Below are positions 1 to 7,596 of a stretch of DNA of 64,000 nt, piece by piece; the stretch's first letter is position 1, and every line of letters begins with the position of its first letter. The position numbers and the translations under genes were made by a program. Source of the stretch: Chlamydiales bacterium (lineage in GTDB: Bacteria; Chlamydiota; Chlamydiia; Chlamydiales; JAJFMA01); NCBI GenBank assembly GCA_030679955.1, contig JAUXSF010000033.1, positions 80,789 to 144,788 on the forward strand, written 5' to 3'. Under the pieces are notes generated by a model. It worked only from the letters and a program-made list of their open reading frames with translations, had not been told where the DNA came from and searched no databases.

Positions 1-84
1 TCCAGACCTACCGGCGCGAAGGAAGCCTCTAAAGGCGTTCCATCGGATGTTTTGCTGCGCAGAACTATGGCGTCCATCGATTTC

Positions 85-528
85 CTATTGCTCCTTTAAA
101 CCTACAGAGTACCCGAGCCACACTAAATAAGTAAAAACTCCTAACAGAGTGATCGCTGAAAGACATTCTTTGACGGGCAGCGTTTTTTGTAAAGTGTAGC
201 GGTCAGGATGGCTGGGATCGTACCACACAAGCCACTTCTGGCGTGAAAGGTAATGTACCATCTCTGCGGCTGCTGGGGCATTGCGTGCAATGGGATGCGT
301 CAAATCAGCCCGTCCTTCGAACAACTCGCCGACCACTTCATACTGAAAGTGCGTCACGGGCTTATATAATCCAGAGGCTTCCCTAGTAGACCAGCTGCCA
401 TTAACTAATGGTGTTGTTTCAGACAGCGCCGAGTAGGTTTGGATTGAGCGCAGGGCACTAAAGCTAAACCATAGGGTCGCCACCGATACAATAGCTAAAA
501 AGGCAAGCCAGATCGTGTTCTTATGCAT
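85..528 (-). CDS. hypothetical membrane protein (TM helix at each end, soluble core; DUF3592-like layout)
   Basis: 147-aa ORF. Hydrophobic N-terminus IWLAFLAIVSVATLWF and C-terminus ITLLGVFTYLVWLGY. Its start overlaps the upstream pseudouridine synthase gene by 8 nt. Confidence 0.5.
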   Translation of the reverse strand: MHKNTIWLAFLAIVSVATLWFSFSALRSIQTYSALSETTPLVNGSWSTREASGLYKPVTHFQYEVVGELFEGRADLTHPIARNAPAAAEMVHYLSRQKWLVWYDPSHPDRYTLQKTLPVKECLSAITLLGVFTYLVWLGYSVGLKEQ

Positions 529-1378
529 GGCGCCCCTTTGGGTTTACCAGCTTGAAGAACTCATCCGGTGGCGGTGCGATAAATTTCATCCACTTTTTCG
601 TCACAGGGTGGTGAAACGCTAGTACGTGCGCGTGCAGGCATAGTCTCTTTAGCGGATTGCTACTCGCTCCATACTTAGTGTCTCCCACAATGGGGTGTCC
701 GGCTTCTTGGCAGTGTATGCGTATCTGATTCTTTTTGCCGGTTTCTAAGGTAAGCTCCATCCACGAGTATCTGCGAGAGGTTGCTTTCACTTCAAAATGC
801 GTGATAGCTTTTTCGCCTTTGGTGGGGTCGTTGGTGCTGTGAACGCGGTACGCGGCATCTTCCCAAAGGTAGCTAGTCCAGGTTCCTTGTCCCTCTTCTA
901 GATGCCCCTCGACGATGGCGATATACAGTCTTTGCAACGAATGCGTCTTAAAGTCGTCTTTTAGACCCTCAAAACCCTCGTCAGATAGTCCAAAGAGCAT
1001 TACACCGGAGGTGTCCTGATCTAAGCGATGGATGACGAAGACGCGTTGTGGAGCATAATGCTCCTTAAGGATCGCGTGAGCGGTCTTTTGCGTTTCAAAG
1101 TTAGATGCTACGCTGAGCAATCCCTTTGGCTTGTCGATAACGACAAGGTGTTTATCTTCGTATACAATACTAAGATCTTGGTAGAGCGGTTTGCTTTTGT
1201 GAGCTAAACGCACTTTTTGTCCCGGTTTAACGGGTGTGTCAAATCGTGAGACCAGTCGCCCATCTAATGTGACCCTGCCAACTTTTACCCAGTTTCTCTG
1301 GGCGGATTTGGAGCTGCCGGGGGCTAGACGGGTGAGGACGTCGGTAAGACTTATACTTTCATTTGCTTGGTATTCCAT
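521..1378 (-). CDS. RluA-family 23S rRNA/tRNA pseudouridine synthase with N-terminal S4-like domain
   Basis: 285 aa. Catalytic motif HRLDQDTSGVMLF. C-terminal KNQIRIHC and LHAH motifs are typical of the RluA/RluC/RluD family. Confidence 0.9.
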   Translation of the reverse strand: MEYQANESISLTDVLTRLAPGSSKSAQRNWVKVGRVTLDGRLVSRFDTPVKPGQKVRLAHKSKPLYQDLSIVYEDKHLVVIDKPKGLLSVASNFETQKTAHAILKEHYAPQRVFVIHRLDQDTSGVMLFGLSDEGFEGLKDDFKTHSLQRLYIAIVEGHLEEGQGTWTSYLWEDAAYRVHSTNDPTKGEKAITHFEVKATSRRYSWMELTLETGKKNQIRIHCQEAGHPIVGDTKYGASSNPLKRLCLHAHVLAFHHPVTKKWMKFIAPPPDEFFKLVNPKGRHA

Positions 1379-1407
1379 GGGTTGAGAGAATAGCAGAACC
1401 TTCTCTT

Positions 1408-1436
1408 TTGACGAAATATCTCTCTGTGGCTATAAT
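1408..1436 (+). promoter_or_regulatory. sigma-70/66-type promoter for rpsT (TTGACG-17 nt-TATAAT)
   Basis: TTGACG at 1408-1413, a 17-nt spacer, TATAAT at 1431-1436, about 48 nt upstream of the rpsT ATG. Confidence 0.6.
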
Positions 1437-1484
1437 GCCTCTTTATTAGATGTTCTGAGATGTTAAAACGTAAGAGGATCTCTC

Positions 1485-1763
1485 ATGGCTGATGCCAAAG
1501 AAAAGAAAACACGCCGTCCAACAGCACAGAAGCGGGACGACCAGAGTAAAAGACGCAACCTTCGCAATAAAGTGTATAAGTCTCGTGTGAAGACTGCAGT
1601 GCGACACTTGGACGAAGCTAGTAAAACTGGCGATGCGAATGCGACCACCGTTCGTCTGAATGAGGTTTATAGCCTCATGGACAAAGGTGTTAAGAAGGGC
1701 ATTTTCAACGCTAATGCAGCTAGCCGTACAAAGTCTCGCATTACACAGCGAATCGCTAAGTAG
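1485..1763 (+). CDS. rpsT: 30S ribosomal protein S20
   Basis: 92 aa and strongly basic. The N-terminus KKTRRPTAQKRDDQSKRRNLRNKVYKSRVKTAVR matches the S20 pattern. Confidence 0.95.
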   Translation: MADAKEKKTRRPTAQKRDDQSKRRNLRNKVYKSRVKTAVRHLDEASKTGDANATTVRLNEVYSLMDKGVKKGIFNANAASRTKSRITQRIAK

Positions 1764-1830
1764 TCTACGTTATTGCGTAGATTGCCTAGGTTAGAGGTCA
1801 AGGTGAGCGACTAAGTTCCCTTGCCCTCCT

Positions 1831-1923
1831 TTTCGTCCATAAGTTGTCAAATTTTTTATGAACAACATGGACGATATGGACCCTATGGACAAAGCACTGT
1901 CCATTTCGTCCATAAGGTCCATC
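1831..1923. repeat. GTCCAT/ATGGAC word-repeat cluster (direct plus inverted copies)
   Basis: cgtccataag (1833-1843), atggacgatatggaccctatggac (1867-1890) and gtccatttcgtccataaggtccat (1899-1922). The ORFs predicted across this stretch merely translate the repeat. Confidence 0.8.
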
Positions 1924-1942
1924 CAATTCAAAAAAAAATCGA

Positions 1943-2215
1943 TTATTCGCGTTCGATTTCTGCTGTGCTATACTCGACACCGCCGAAATTTTTTGCTGCG
2001 ATGTTGTAAACCCAAGCGAGCATTGCTGCAGCGCCGTAGGTTAACAGCCAGTAAGCAAAAGGGACCAAAACTAGGGCTAGATATTCCAGTTTGCGCGTTA
2101 GCAGAAATGCTAAAACAGCCAGCGGCATGCAGATCAATGCGCTGAGCAAGAAGTGGAATACACCTAAGACTTTACTCGACTGGTGCACGGATATCTGAGT
2201 CACTTGTCTTTTCAT
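1943..2215 (-). CDS. small hypothetical membrane protein (about 90 aa, 2-3 TM helices)
   Basis: The ORF is 1943..2233. The internal ATG at 2215 is preceded by AGGAGG (revcomp of 2219-2226) and is the preferred start. Hydrophobic core VLGVFHFLLSALICMPLAVLAFLL and LVLVPFAYWLLTYGAAAMLAWV. Confidence 0.5.
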   Translation of the reverse strand: MKRQVTQISVHQSSKVLGVFHFLLSALICMPLAVLAFLLTRKLEYLALVLVPFAYWLLTYGAAAMLAWVYNIAAKNFGGVEYSTAEIERE

Positions 2216-2423
2216 AGTACCTCCTGAGGCCATAAGTTGCTGTTTCGTCCCGGGGAAAACCTCCCTAGATCGGGTCTGAAATCGCAGCTTACCACTTCGG
2301 TCTTTTGAGACAAATAAAAACTTTATTTGTTCTGTTAGATTTTAGGTAGGGTTCAAATAGTCGTTCTGGTATGATCTCTACTCGGTTTTACTATAAATTT
2401 GTACTATATCAGGAGACGAGGTA

Positions 2424-4055
2424 ATGCGGTTCTATCTTGCCTGCCTGGCAGTGATTTGTACTTTAAGCTGTTCTTTTAGCTATGCGGAGATAGATCCACC
2501 GGTTCTGTCGGTGGAGATGCCAATGCGTGACGGCGTGAAGTTGCCTACAGATCTTTATTTGCCGGAGGAGGGTGCGCAAAATCTTCCATGTATATTGATT
2601 CGCGCGCCGAATGGACGTTTGACTCATTGTAAAGCCTTCGCACCCTTGGCATTAAAGGGATATGTCGTAGCTATCCAGGATACGCGTAGCCGTATCGACA
2701 GTGAGGGTAAGACTATGCCCTATCTGGCTGATGGCTGGGGAACTCAGCAAGATGGCTATGATGCTGTACAGTGGCTAGCTAAGAGTCCCTATACTAATGG
2801 GAAAGTTGGCACATTGGGAGCTTCTGCCCAGGGTATTACACAATTGTTAATGGCGCCTTCTTGTCCGCCTAATCTTGTTTGTCAGCATATAGGCGTTGCG
2901 GCGTCCAGTATATTTGACCAAGGTATATTTGCCGGAGGGCAGCTGCGCAAGAATCAGGTTGAGCAGTGGTTAAACTATTATGCACCGCATCCTTCTGTCT
3001 TAAACGAAGTAGCCAACCAACCTTCTTATAACGATTTTTGGTCGCATTTTGATACCTGTAAGGTAGCTCATCGCGTCGAAGTACCTGCCATACATCATGG
3101 AGGGTGGTACGATACATTTTGTCAGGGAACGATAGACTCATTTTTATCGCGTCAGAAGAATGGCGGACCGGGTGCTCGTGGCAATCAGAAAATGATTATT
3201 GGCCCTTGGACACATTTTTGGCCGGAAAGCACCGATCTGGGAGATTATCCTATTCCTGTGGCGGGGCAGCAGGCTCCGGTTGACTTTTCCCCGGCTCGTT
3301 GGTTTGAATATTATCTTAAGGGTATTGAAAACGGCATAGAAGCAATACCTGCGGTTACCTACTATGTGATGGGGCCATTCGATGGAACACCATCCAGTGG
3401 TAATGTGTGGCGTACGGCCGAGACTTGGCCACCGGAAGCAACGCAGACTTCGTTATACCTAGAAGCCTCAGGGAAGTTAGTTGAGCAGCCTCCAGCTCAG
3501 GGATCGATTGATTTTTGCTACGATCCGGCTAATCCGTGTCCGACATTGGGTGGCCGTAACCTATTTCTCAAGGCCGGTCCTATGGATCAGAGACCTTTGG
3601 AGGAGCGTGAAGATGTCCTTGTCTTTACTTCTGAGCCCTTGAAGGGAGATACAGAAGTAACTGGTAGAATTACTGCTCAGGTCCTTTTCTCTACTAACGT
3701 CAAAGATACCGACGTGGTTGTTAGGCTTACGGATGTTTACCCTGATGGCACCAGTGTGTTAATTTCTGATGGTATCCGTAAGTTAAGTGACGTATTTCCA
3801 GAGGGCCATACGGTGGGTAAGCCGCGGGGACCTCGTTATATTGACGTAGATTTGTGGTCGACTAGCATGGTCTTTGCCAAAGGGCACCGCATTCGTGTAT
3901 CTATTACAGGTTCTAACTACCCACGTTTTGATCGCGCGACGAACCTTCCTAGGTATACGGTGGCTACCGAGCCTTTCCCAATCGCCAAAAATTCGGTTCA
4001 TGTTGGCGGTGTTAGGGGATCGAGGATCATTCTGCCTGTGGTTCGTAAGAGCTAG
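2424..4055 (+). CDS. secreted CocE/NonD-family (S15 X-Pro dipeptidyl-peptidase-like) alpha/beta hydrolase
   Basis: 543 aa. Signal peptide MRFYLACLAVICTLSCSFSYAE. Nucleophile-elbow-like GTLGASAQG. The length and C-terminal beta-rich domain are typical of the CocE/NonD family. Confidence 0.7.
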   Translation: MRFYLACLAVICTLSCSFSYAEIDPPVLSVEMPMRDGVKLPTDLYLPEEGAQNLPCILIRAPNGRLTHCKAFAPLALKGYVVAIQDTRSRIDSEGKTMPYLADGWGTQQDGYDAVQWLAKSPYTNGKVGTLGASAQGITQLLMAPSCPPNLVCQHIGVAASSIFDQGIFAGGQLRKNQVEQWLNYYAPHPSVLNEVANQPSYNDFWSHFDTCKVAHRVEVPAIHHGGWYDTFCQGTIDSFLSRQKNGGPGARGNQKMIIGPWTHFWPESTDLGDYPIPVAGQQAPVDFSPARWFEYYLKGIENGIEAIPAVTYYVMGPFDGTPSSGNVWRTAETWPPEATQTSLYLEASGKLVEQPPAQGSIDFCYDPANPCPTLGGRNLFLKAGPMDQRPLEEREDVLVFTSEPLKGDTEVTGRITAQVLFSTNVKDTDVVVRLTDVYPDGTSVLISDGIRKLSDVFPEGHTVGKPRGPRYIDVDLWSTSMVFAKGHRIRVSITGSNYPRFDRATNLPRYTVATEPFPIAKNSVHVGGVRGSRIILPVVRKS

Positions 4056-4059
4056 GACT

Positions 4060-4135
4060 TTTATCGCAAAGTCGCAGAGACGCCAAGGTAGAAATTTGGG
4101 GAAGTTCTTTGCGTCTTCGCGCCTTTGCGTTAAAA
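4060..4135. repeat. ACGCAAAGGCGC-family intergenic hairpin repeat (copy 1, inverted orientation)
   Basis: cgcaaag...gcagagacgc on the left. On the right ctttgcgtcttcgcgcctttgcgttaaaag, with gcgcctttgcgt at 4119-4130. The arms can pair. Confidence 0.7.
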
Positions 4136-4200
4136 GTCCTATCACCGATTGCTAAAAAAGGAAATGAGTGTTTTGATAGTCCAGAAGGGGATCTAACACT

Positions 4201-4890
4201 ATGAAGATTATCATTTTGGCTGCGGGATTGGGCAGTCGTCTTGGAGCTGAGGAAGGGCCAAAGGCGCTTGTTCCTCTCATTAATGGCAAAACCATCCTTG
4301 AACATCAGCTCGATAACTTGGCACGTTACGTCAAAATTAGTGATGTCAGGGTTGTCGTGGGCTATCAGGAGGAGAAGATTCGCGCGCATTTTCCGCATCT
4401 TGCCTTTGTCCAGAACCCTCATTTTCGCACAGAAAATACATCTAAAAGCTTGCTAAGAGCCCTGCAGGACATCGAGAATGAGGATGTTTTGTGGCTCAAT
4501 GGCGATGTAGTTTTCAACCACTCTGTGATTGCCAAGTTATTGCTTAATCGGCGCAATTCGATGGTTGTCAATATCTCTATTGTTGGTGAAGAGGAAGTTA
4601 AGTACCGTTTAGACGGTGTGGGTTGTATTGTGGAGGTTTCTAAGACGGTGGATGATGCACCAGGAGAGGCGGTGGGCATTAATTACTTCACCGCTGCAGA
4701 TCTTAATCTGCTTAAAGAAGCATTGTCAGAGTGCAAACCCGACGATTATTTCGAGAAGGGTATTCAACTTTGTTTAGATGCTGCGGTCGACGTGTGGGCA
4801 GTTGAGGTTGTGCCGGAAGATACGGTGGAAATTGATTTCCCCGAAGATCTTGAAAAAGCTAATCGACTGATAAAGACCTGGGGCGAGTAA
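4201..4890 (+). CDS. NTP-transferase family protein, probable CDP-alcohol-forming cytidylyltransferase (LicC/MobA-like)
   Basis: 229 aa. N-terminal MKIIILAAGLGSRLG nucleotide-binding loop, NP.F..ENTSKSL and NGDVVF motifs. Confidence 0.75.
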   Translation: MKIIILAAGLGSRLGAEEGPKALVPLINGKTILEHQLDNLARYVKISDVRVVVGYQEEKIRAHFPHLAFVQNPHFRTENTSKSLLRALQDIENEDVLWLNGDVVFNHSVIAKLLLNRRNSMVVNISIVGEEEVKYRLDGVGCIVEVSKTVDDAPGEAVGINYFTAADLNLLKEALSECKPDDYFEKGIQLCLDAAVDVWAVEVVPEDTVEIDFPEDLEKANRLIKTWGE

Positions 4891-5959
4891 CGGCCGCCAA
4901 AACTTCTTGTTTAACAGTTTCAAACGAGCGCTCAGAGCCGAATGTATAGTGATATACTTCGTCGCGAATGTCTTTGAAATGATGGTCAGAAGGTAGACTC
5001 TGTTCGATCACATCATAGATCGACTCAAAATTATTCTCATCCACGACCACACCACAACGAGATAGGTATGGCTGTCGTTGCCCACGAGTTAGGAAGAACA
5101 TAGGCTTTCTAAACGTTAACCAGTCATAGCCTACGGCTGAACGATCGCCAATATAAATATCGCATTTGGCCGCCAGTGGGTAGATGAGGGGGAATTCCGT
5201 TAACATCACCACATTGGGTTCATTTTCGTATTTGCTGATGATTTCATAGACATCGATCATGTGATCGTGATCGTGTTCTAGGTTAGGGTGTAGCTTTACA
5301 ATAAGGTTATAGTGTTTAGGAAGACCTGACAGGATAGCTTTAGCGGCTTGGAAAAATGATGTGGAGTCCTCGCTATCCCTCCAGGTGGGTGCATATAGGA
5401 TAGTTGGTTGCTGTTTAGCAAAGCGGCTGAAAACGTCGGTGTGGGTTACAGCATCAAATGCTTCGCGATGCTCCATGTAATAGCGATGGCGTAAATTGCC
5501 TGTAATGACATAGTTAGGTAGTACTGCTTCGGGGCGTCTGATGACAATAAGATCCAGCATGTTTTTCCCGTAAGCGAGAGTAATGTCTTGCTCTAGGCAG
5601 TGCTCAAACCAAAATCCTTTATCAGAAAATCCGTGGGGGCAGTGAACAATGCGCAGCTGTTTATTTAGGGCCTTTTCGCTCTGTTCGAACTTAGCGCGCA
5701 GTTGTTTTTTATCCCACATTTCGGAGACGAAAAGTACATCATAGTGCTCGACAATATAATGAGGGGTGAATGCTTGCCAATCATGCAGTTCGACTTTTAG
5801 ATCCGGATAAAGCCTCTGACTTTGTTCAAAATGGTCGATATCTGTGAAAATTAATGGGATTTGCATGGTCACTGCGACAGCCGCTAGATGATCGGTGAAA
5901 TGTGTGTAGCCCATAGGATTTAGGGCGGCGCCGATTATTTGCTTAGATGAAGTCATCAT
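4859..5959 (-). CDS. CDP-glycerol glycerophosphotransferase (TagB/TagF)-family protein
   Basis: Motif ILYAPTWRD plus KLHPNLEHDHDH and IYIGDRSAVGYDW, resembling the TagF family (YAPTWR, HP, D.SS). The start is trimmed to the ATG at 5959, which overlaps the mcsB stop as ATGA. The 5960-6073 extension lies inside mcsB. Confidence 0.7.
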   Translation of the reverse strand: MMTSSKQIIGAALNPMGYTHFTDHLAAVAVTMQIPLIFTDIDHFEQSQRLYPDLKVELHDWQAFTPHYIVEHYDVLFVSEMWDKKQLRAKFEQSEKALNKQLRIVHCPHGFSDKGFWFEHCLEQDITLAYGKNMLDLIVIRRPEAVLPNYVITGNLRHRYYMEHREAFDAVTHTDVFSRFAKQQPTILYAPTWRDSEDSTSFFQAAKAILSGLPKHYNLIVKLHPNLEHDHDHMIDVYEIISKYENEPNVVMLTEFPLIYPLAAKCDIYIGDRSAVGYDWLTFRKPMFFLTRGQRQPYLSRCGVVVDENNFESIYDVIEQSLPSDHHFKDIRDEVYHYTFGSERSFETVKQEVLAAVTRPRSLSVD

Positions 5960-7026
5960 ACCGCAAGTTGTAGCCCTTCCAGGCCTTTTTGCAGGAATAT
6001 CGCTCGCTGCCTTGCTAACTCTTCCTGAGGTGTATTTTCTGCCACTTGAAAAAGCAGGTGTGCGCGGCGACAATTGAAGAACAGCTCATTGAGCTTGCTA
6101 TGAGTAATTCCTGAAATCCAATTAACGTCCAAGCCTAGTTTTAATAAGCTTAGAGCGTTAAGAGCTTCAAATGTTTCGATTTGATAAGAGTGTTTAAGTA
6201 GGCCATAGGCGCGGCCAACTTGATCTCTAATTTCTGATCTTGGCTGTGTTTGCAGGCGGGCGCGAAGGCCTTTTTCCTCGACTAGCAGATGAGTAGCGAA
6301 CGTTCTCACTTCGCTAAGAACTTTCTCTTCGGTGATTCCTAGCGTAAAGGCGTTGGAGATCATTACGACGTTACCCACAAAATCGGAGGACTCACTGCCG
6401 GTTAGACCTGCGATGTTGATAAACTCTGTTTTATGCTTTTCTACAATGGTCTCAAGCTGTTTGGTAAGAATGATGCCTGGTACTTGAAGGAAGGCGCGCG
6501 CTAAAAACCCGGTTCCAGCATGTGCGGGATTAGTGGTGAGGAAACCAAAAGTTGAAGAGAAGGCGTAATTGAGTGTTTTACCGACATCGGTTTCTAGTTT
6601 AACGAGGCTTTCAAACGACTTCTCAGGTTCGTCACCACAATCCATGCGGGTAAGTTCCAGATGGTCTTCCATATTGATTACGGCAAGGGTGGTGCCCTTT
6701 TTGTCGATGATAAAGCCTTCGCCGCGTTGAGCGTGGACGAATGGGTGAGTGGCTAAGAAGTGCTCAAAAAGCAATTCTTTGTCTCGAGCCGATGTTTCAT
6801 CCATCTTGAAGAGCTGAGGCTCTGAAAGGCCTTCGTAGTCCATTAGCTGTGTGCTGATAAGACCCATTATTTGCTTGCGGCTATCATCGTCAAGCTTACT
6901 AGGGAAATTGAATTTTTCCAGATTACGCAACAGCGTAAGCGTGGAGCAAATCCATATTGGATGGCATTGCGAGGCTCCGACGTTGGCCTGAGATAAAATA
7001 GCGGAGACTTTACTGTGGTCCGTCAT
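5956..7026 (-). CDS. mcsB: protein arginine kinase McsB (ATP:guanido phosphotransferase)
   Basis: 356 aa. Contains INMEDHLEL (the N.EDHL motif) and TTNPAHAGTGF (the CP.N.GTG-like motif) of guanidino kinases. Confidence 0.9.
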   Translation of the reverse strand: MTDHSKVSAILSQANVGASQCHPIWICSTLTLLRNLEKFNFPSKLDDDSRKQIMGLISTQLMDYEGLSEPQLFKMDETSARDKELLFEHFLATHPFVHAQRGEGFIIDKKGTTLAVINMEDHLELTRMDCGDEPEKSFESLVKLETDVGKTLNYAFSSTFGFLTTNPAHAGTGFLARAFLQVPGIILTKQLETIVEKHKTEFINIAGLTGSESSDFVGNVVMISNAFTLGITEEKVLSEVRTFATHLLVEEKGLRARLQTQPRSEIRDQVGRAYGLLKHSYQIETFEALNALSLLKLGLDVNWISGITHSKLNELFFNCRRAHLLFQVAENTPQEELARQRAIFLQKGLEGLQLAV

Positions 7027-7549
7027 TGGACTGCTCCGTCAATTTCTTAATTTGGTCGCGTAGCCAGGCTGACTGCTCGTAATCTTCACGGTTCAGCGTA
7101 TCGGCAAGAGCTTGGTTAAGTGCTTGCAGGCGTGCGGCGGGGCTAATTTCAGCCGTCTCACCGCGAGAGCGTCCTACGTGCAAGCTTGTATCTTTGGTGA
7201 TGTGACCTATTGACATAGGCACTTTATCATTGACCACCAGTTCGTTAATAATCACATCAGCAAAAGTTAGGTAGCATTGACTACATCCTAGCGGCATGCC
7301 AGATCGGACATGTGTCACAGAGGTGCCGCAGTTGCTGCATTTTTCCTGTGCTGCCAAAAATTCATCGTGGGGGTGTTCGTGCGAGGTCGTGCCATGCAGG
7401 CGGCGTTCTAGTTGCGGACACGAGCTGCACATTACGGTGTGCGAAATCGATCCTTGCTCGATCACAGTATAGAGCGTAGCGATCGCTTTACGGCATTCAC
7501 TGCACTCTAAGGGTCTTTCAGCTGATTTTTCTGGGGGTTCTTCCGTCAT
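7010..7549 (-). CDS. mcsA: McsA-like activator (Cys-rich zinc-finger modules plus C-terminal UVR motif)
   Basis: 179 aa. Paired CxxC motifs (CSECRK, CSSCPQ, CSNCG, CSQCY) and the UVR-like YEQSAWLRDQIKKL. Overlaps the mcsB start by 17 nt. Confidence 0.75.
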   Translation of the reverse strand: MTEEPPEKSAERPLECSECRKAIATLYTVIEQGSISHTVMCSSCPQLERRLHGTTSHEHPHDEFLAAQEKCSNCGTSVTHVRSGMPLGCSQCYLTFADVIINELVVNDKVPMSIGHITKDTSLHVGRSRGETAEISPAARLQALNQALADTLNREDYEQSAWLRDQIKKLTEQSNDGPQ

Positions 7550-7596
7550 AGCCGGAATATAGAAAAATTTACCTAAAATGTAACGAAAATAGTTTT

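Noticed and set aside
1-84. Possible partial gene at the left edge
   Set aside because: The stretch is too short, and no frame or motif can be supported.
1463-1648. 61-aa ORF antisense to rpsT
   Set aside because: It lies entirely within and opposite a confidently identified ribosomal protein gene. It has no motif and looks like a typical shadow ORF.
1798-2145. Three overlapping 60-95-aa ORFs across the GTCCAT repeat cluster
   Set aside because: They merely translate the tandem and inverted word repeats (MDDMDPMD, HIVHVVH and similar) and overlap each other in different frames. The stretch was treated as non-coding repeat DNA.
5960-6073. N-terminal 38-codon extension of the TagF-like ORF
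   Set aside because: The extension lies inside the mcsB coding sequence. The internal ATG at 5959 forms a classic ATGA stop/start overlap with mcsB.
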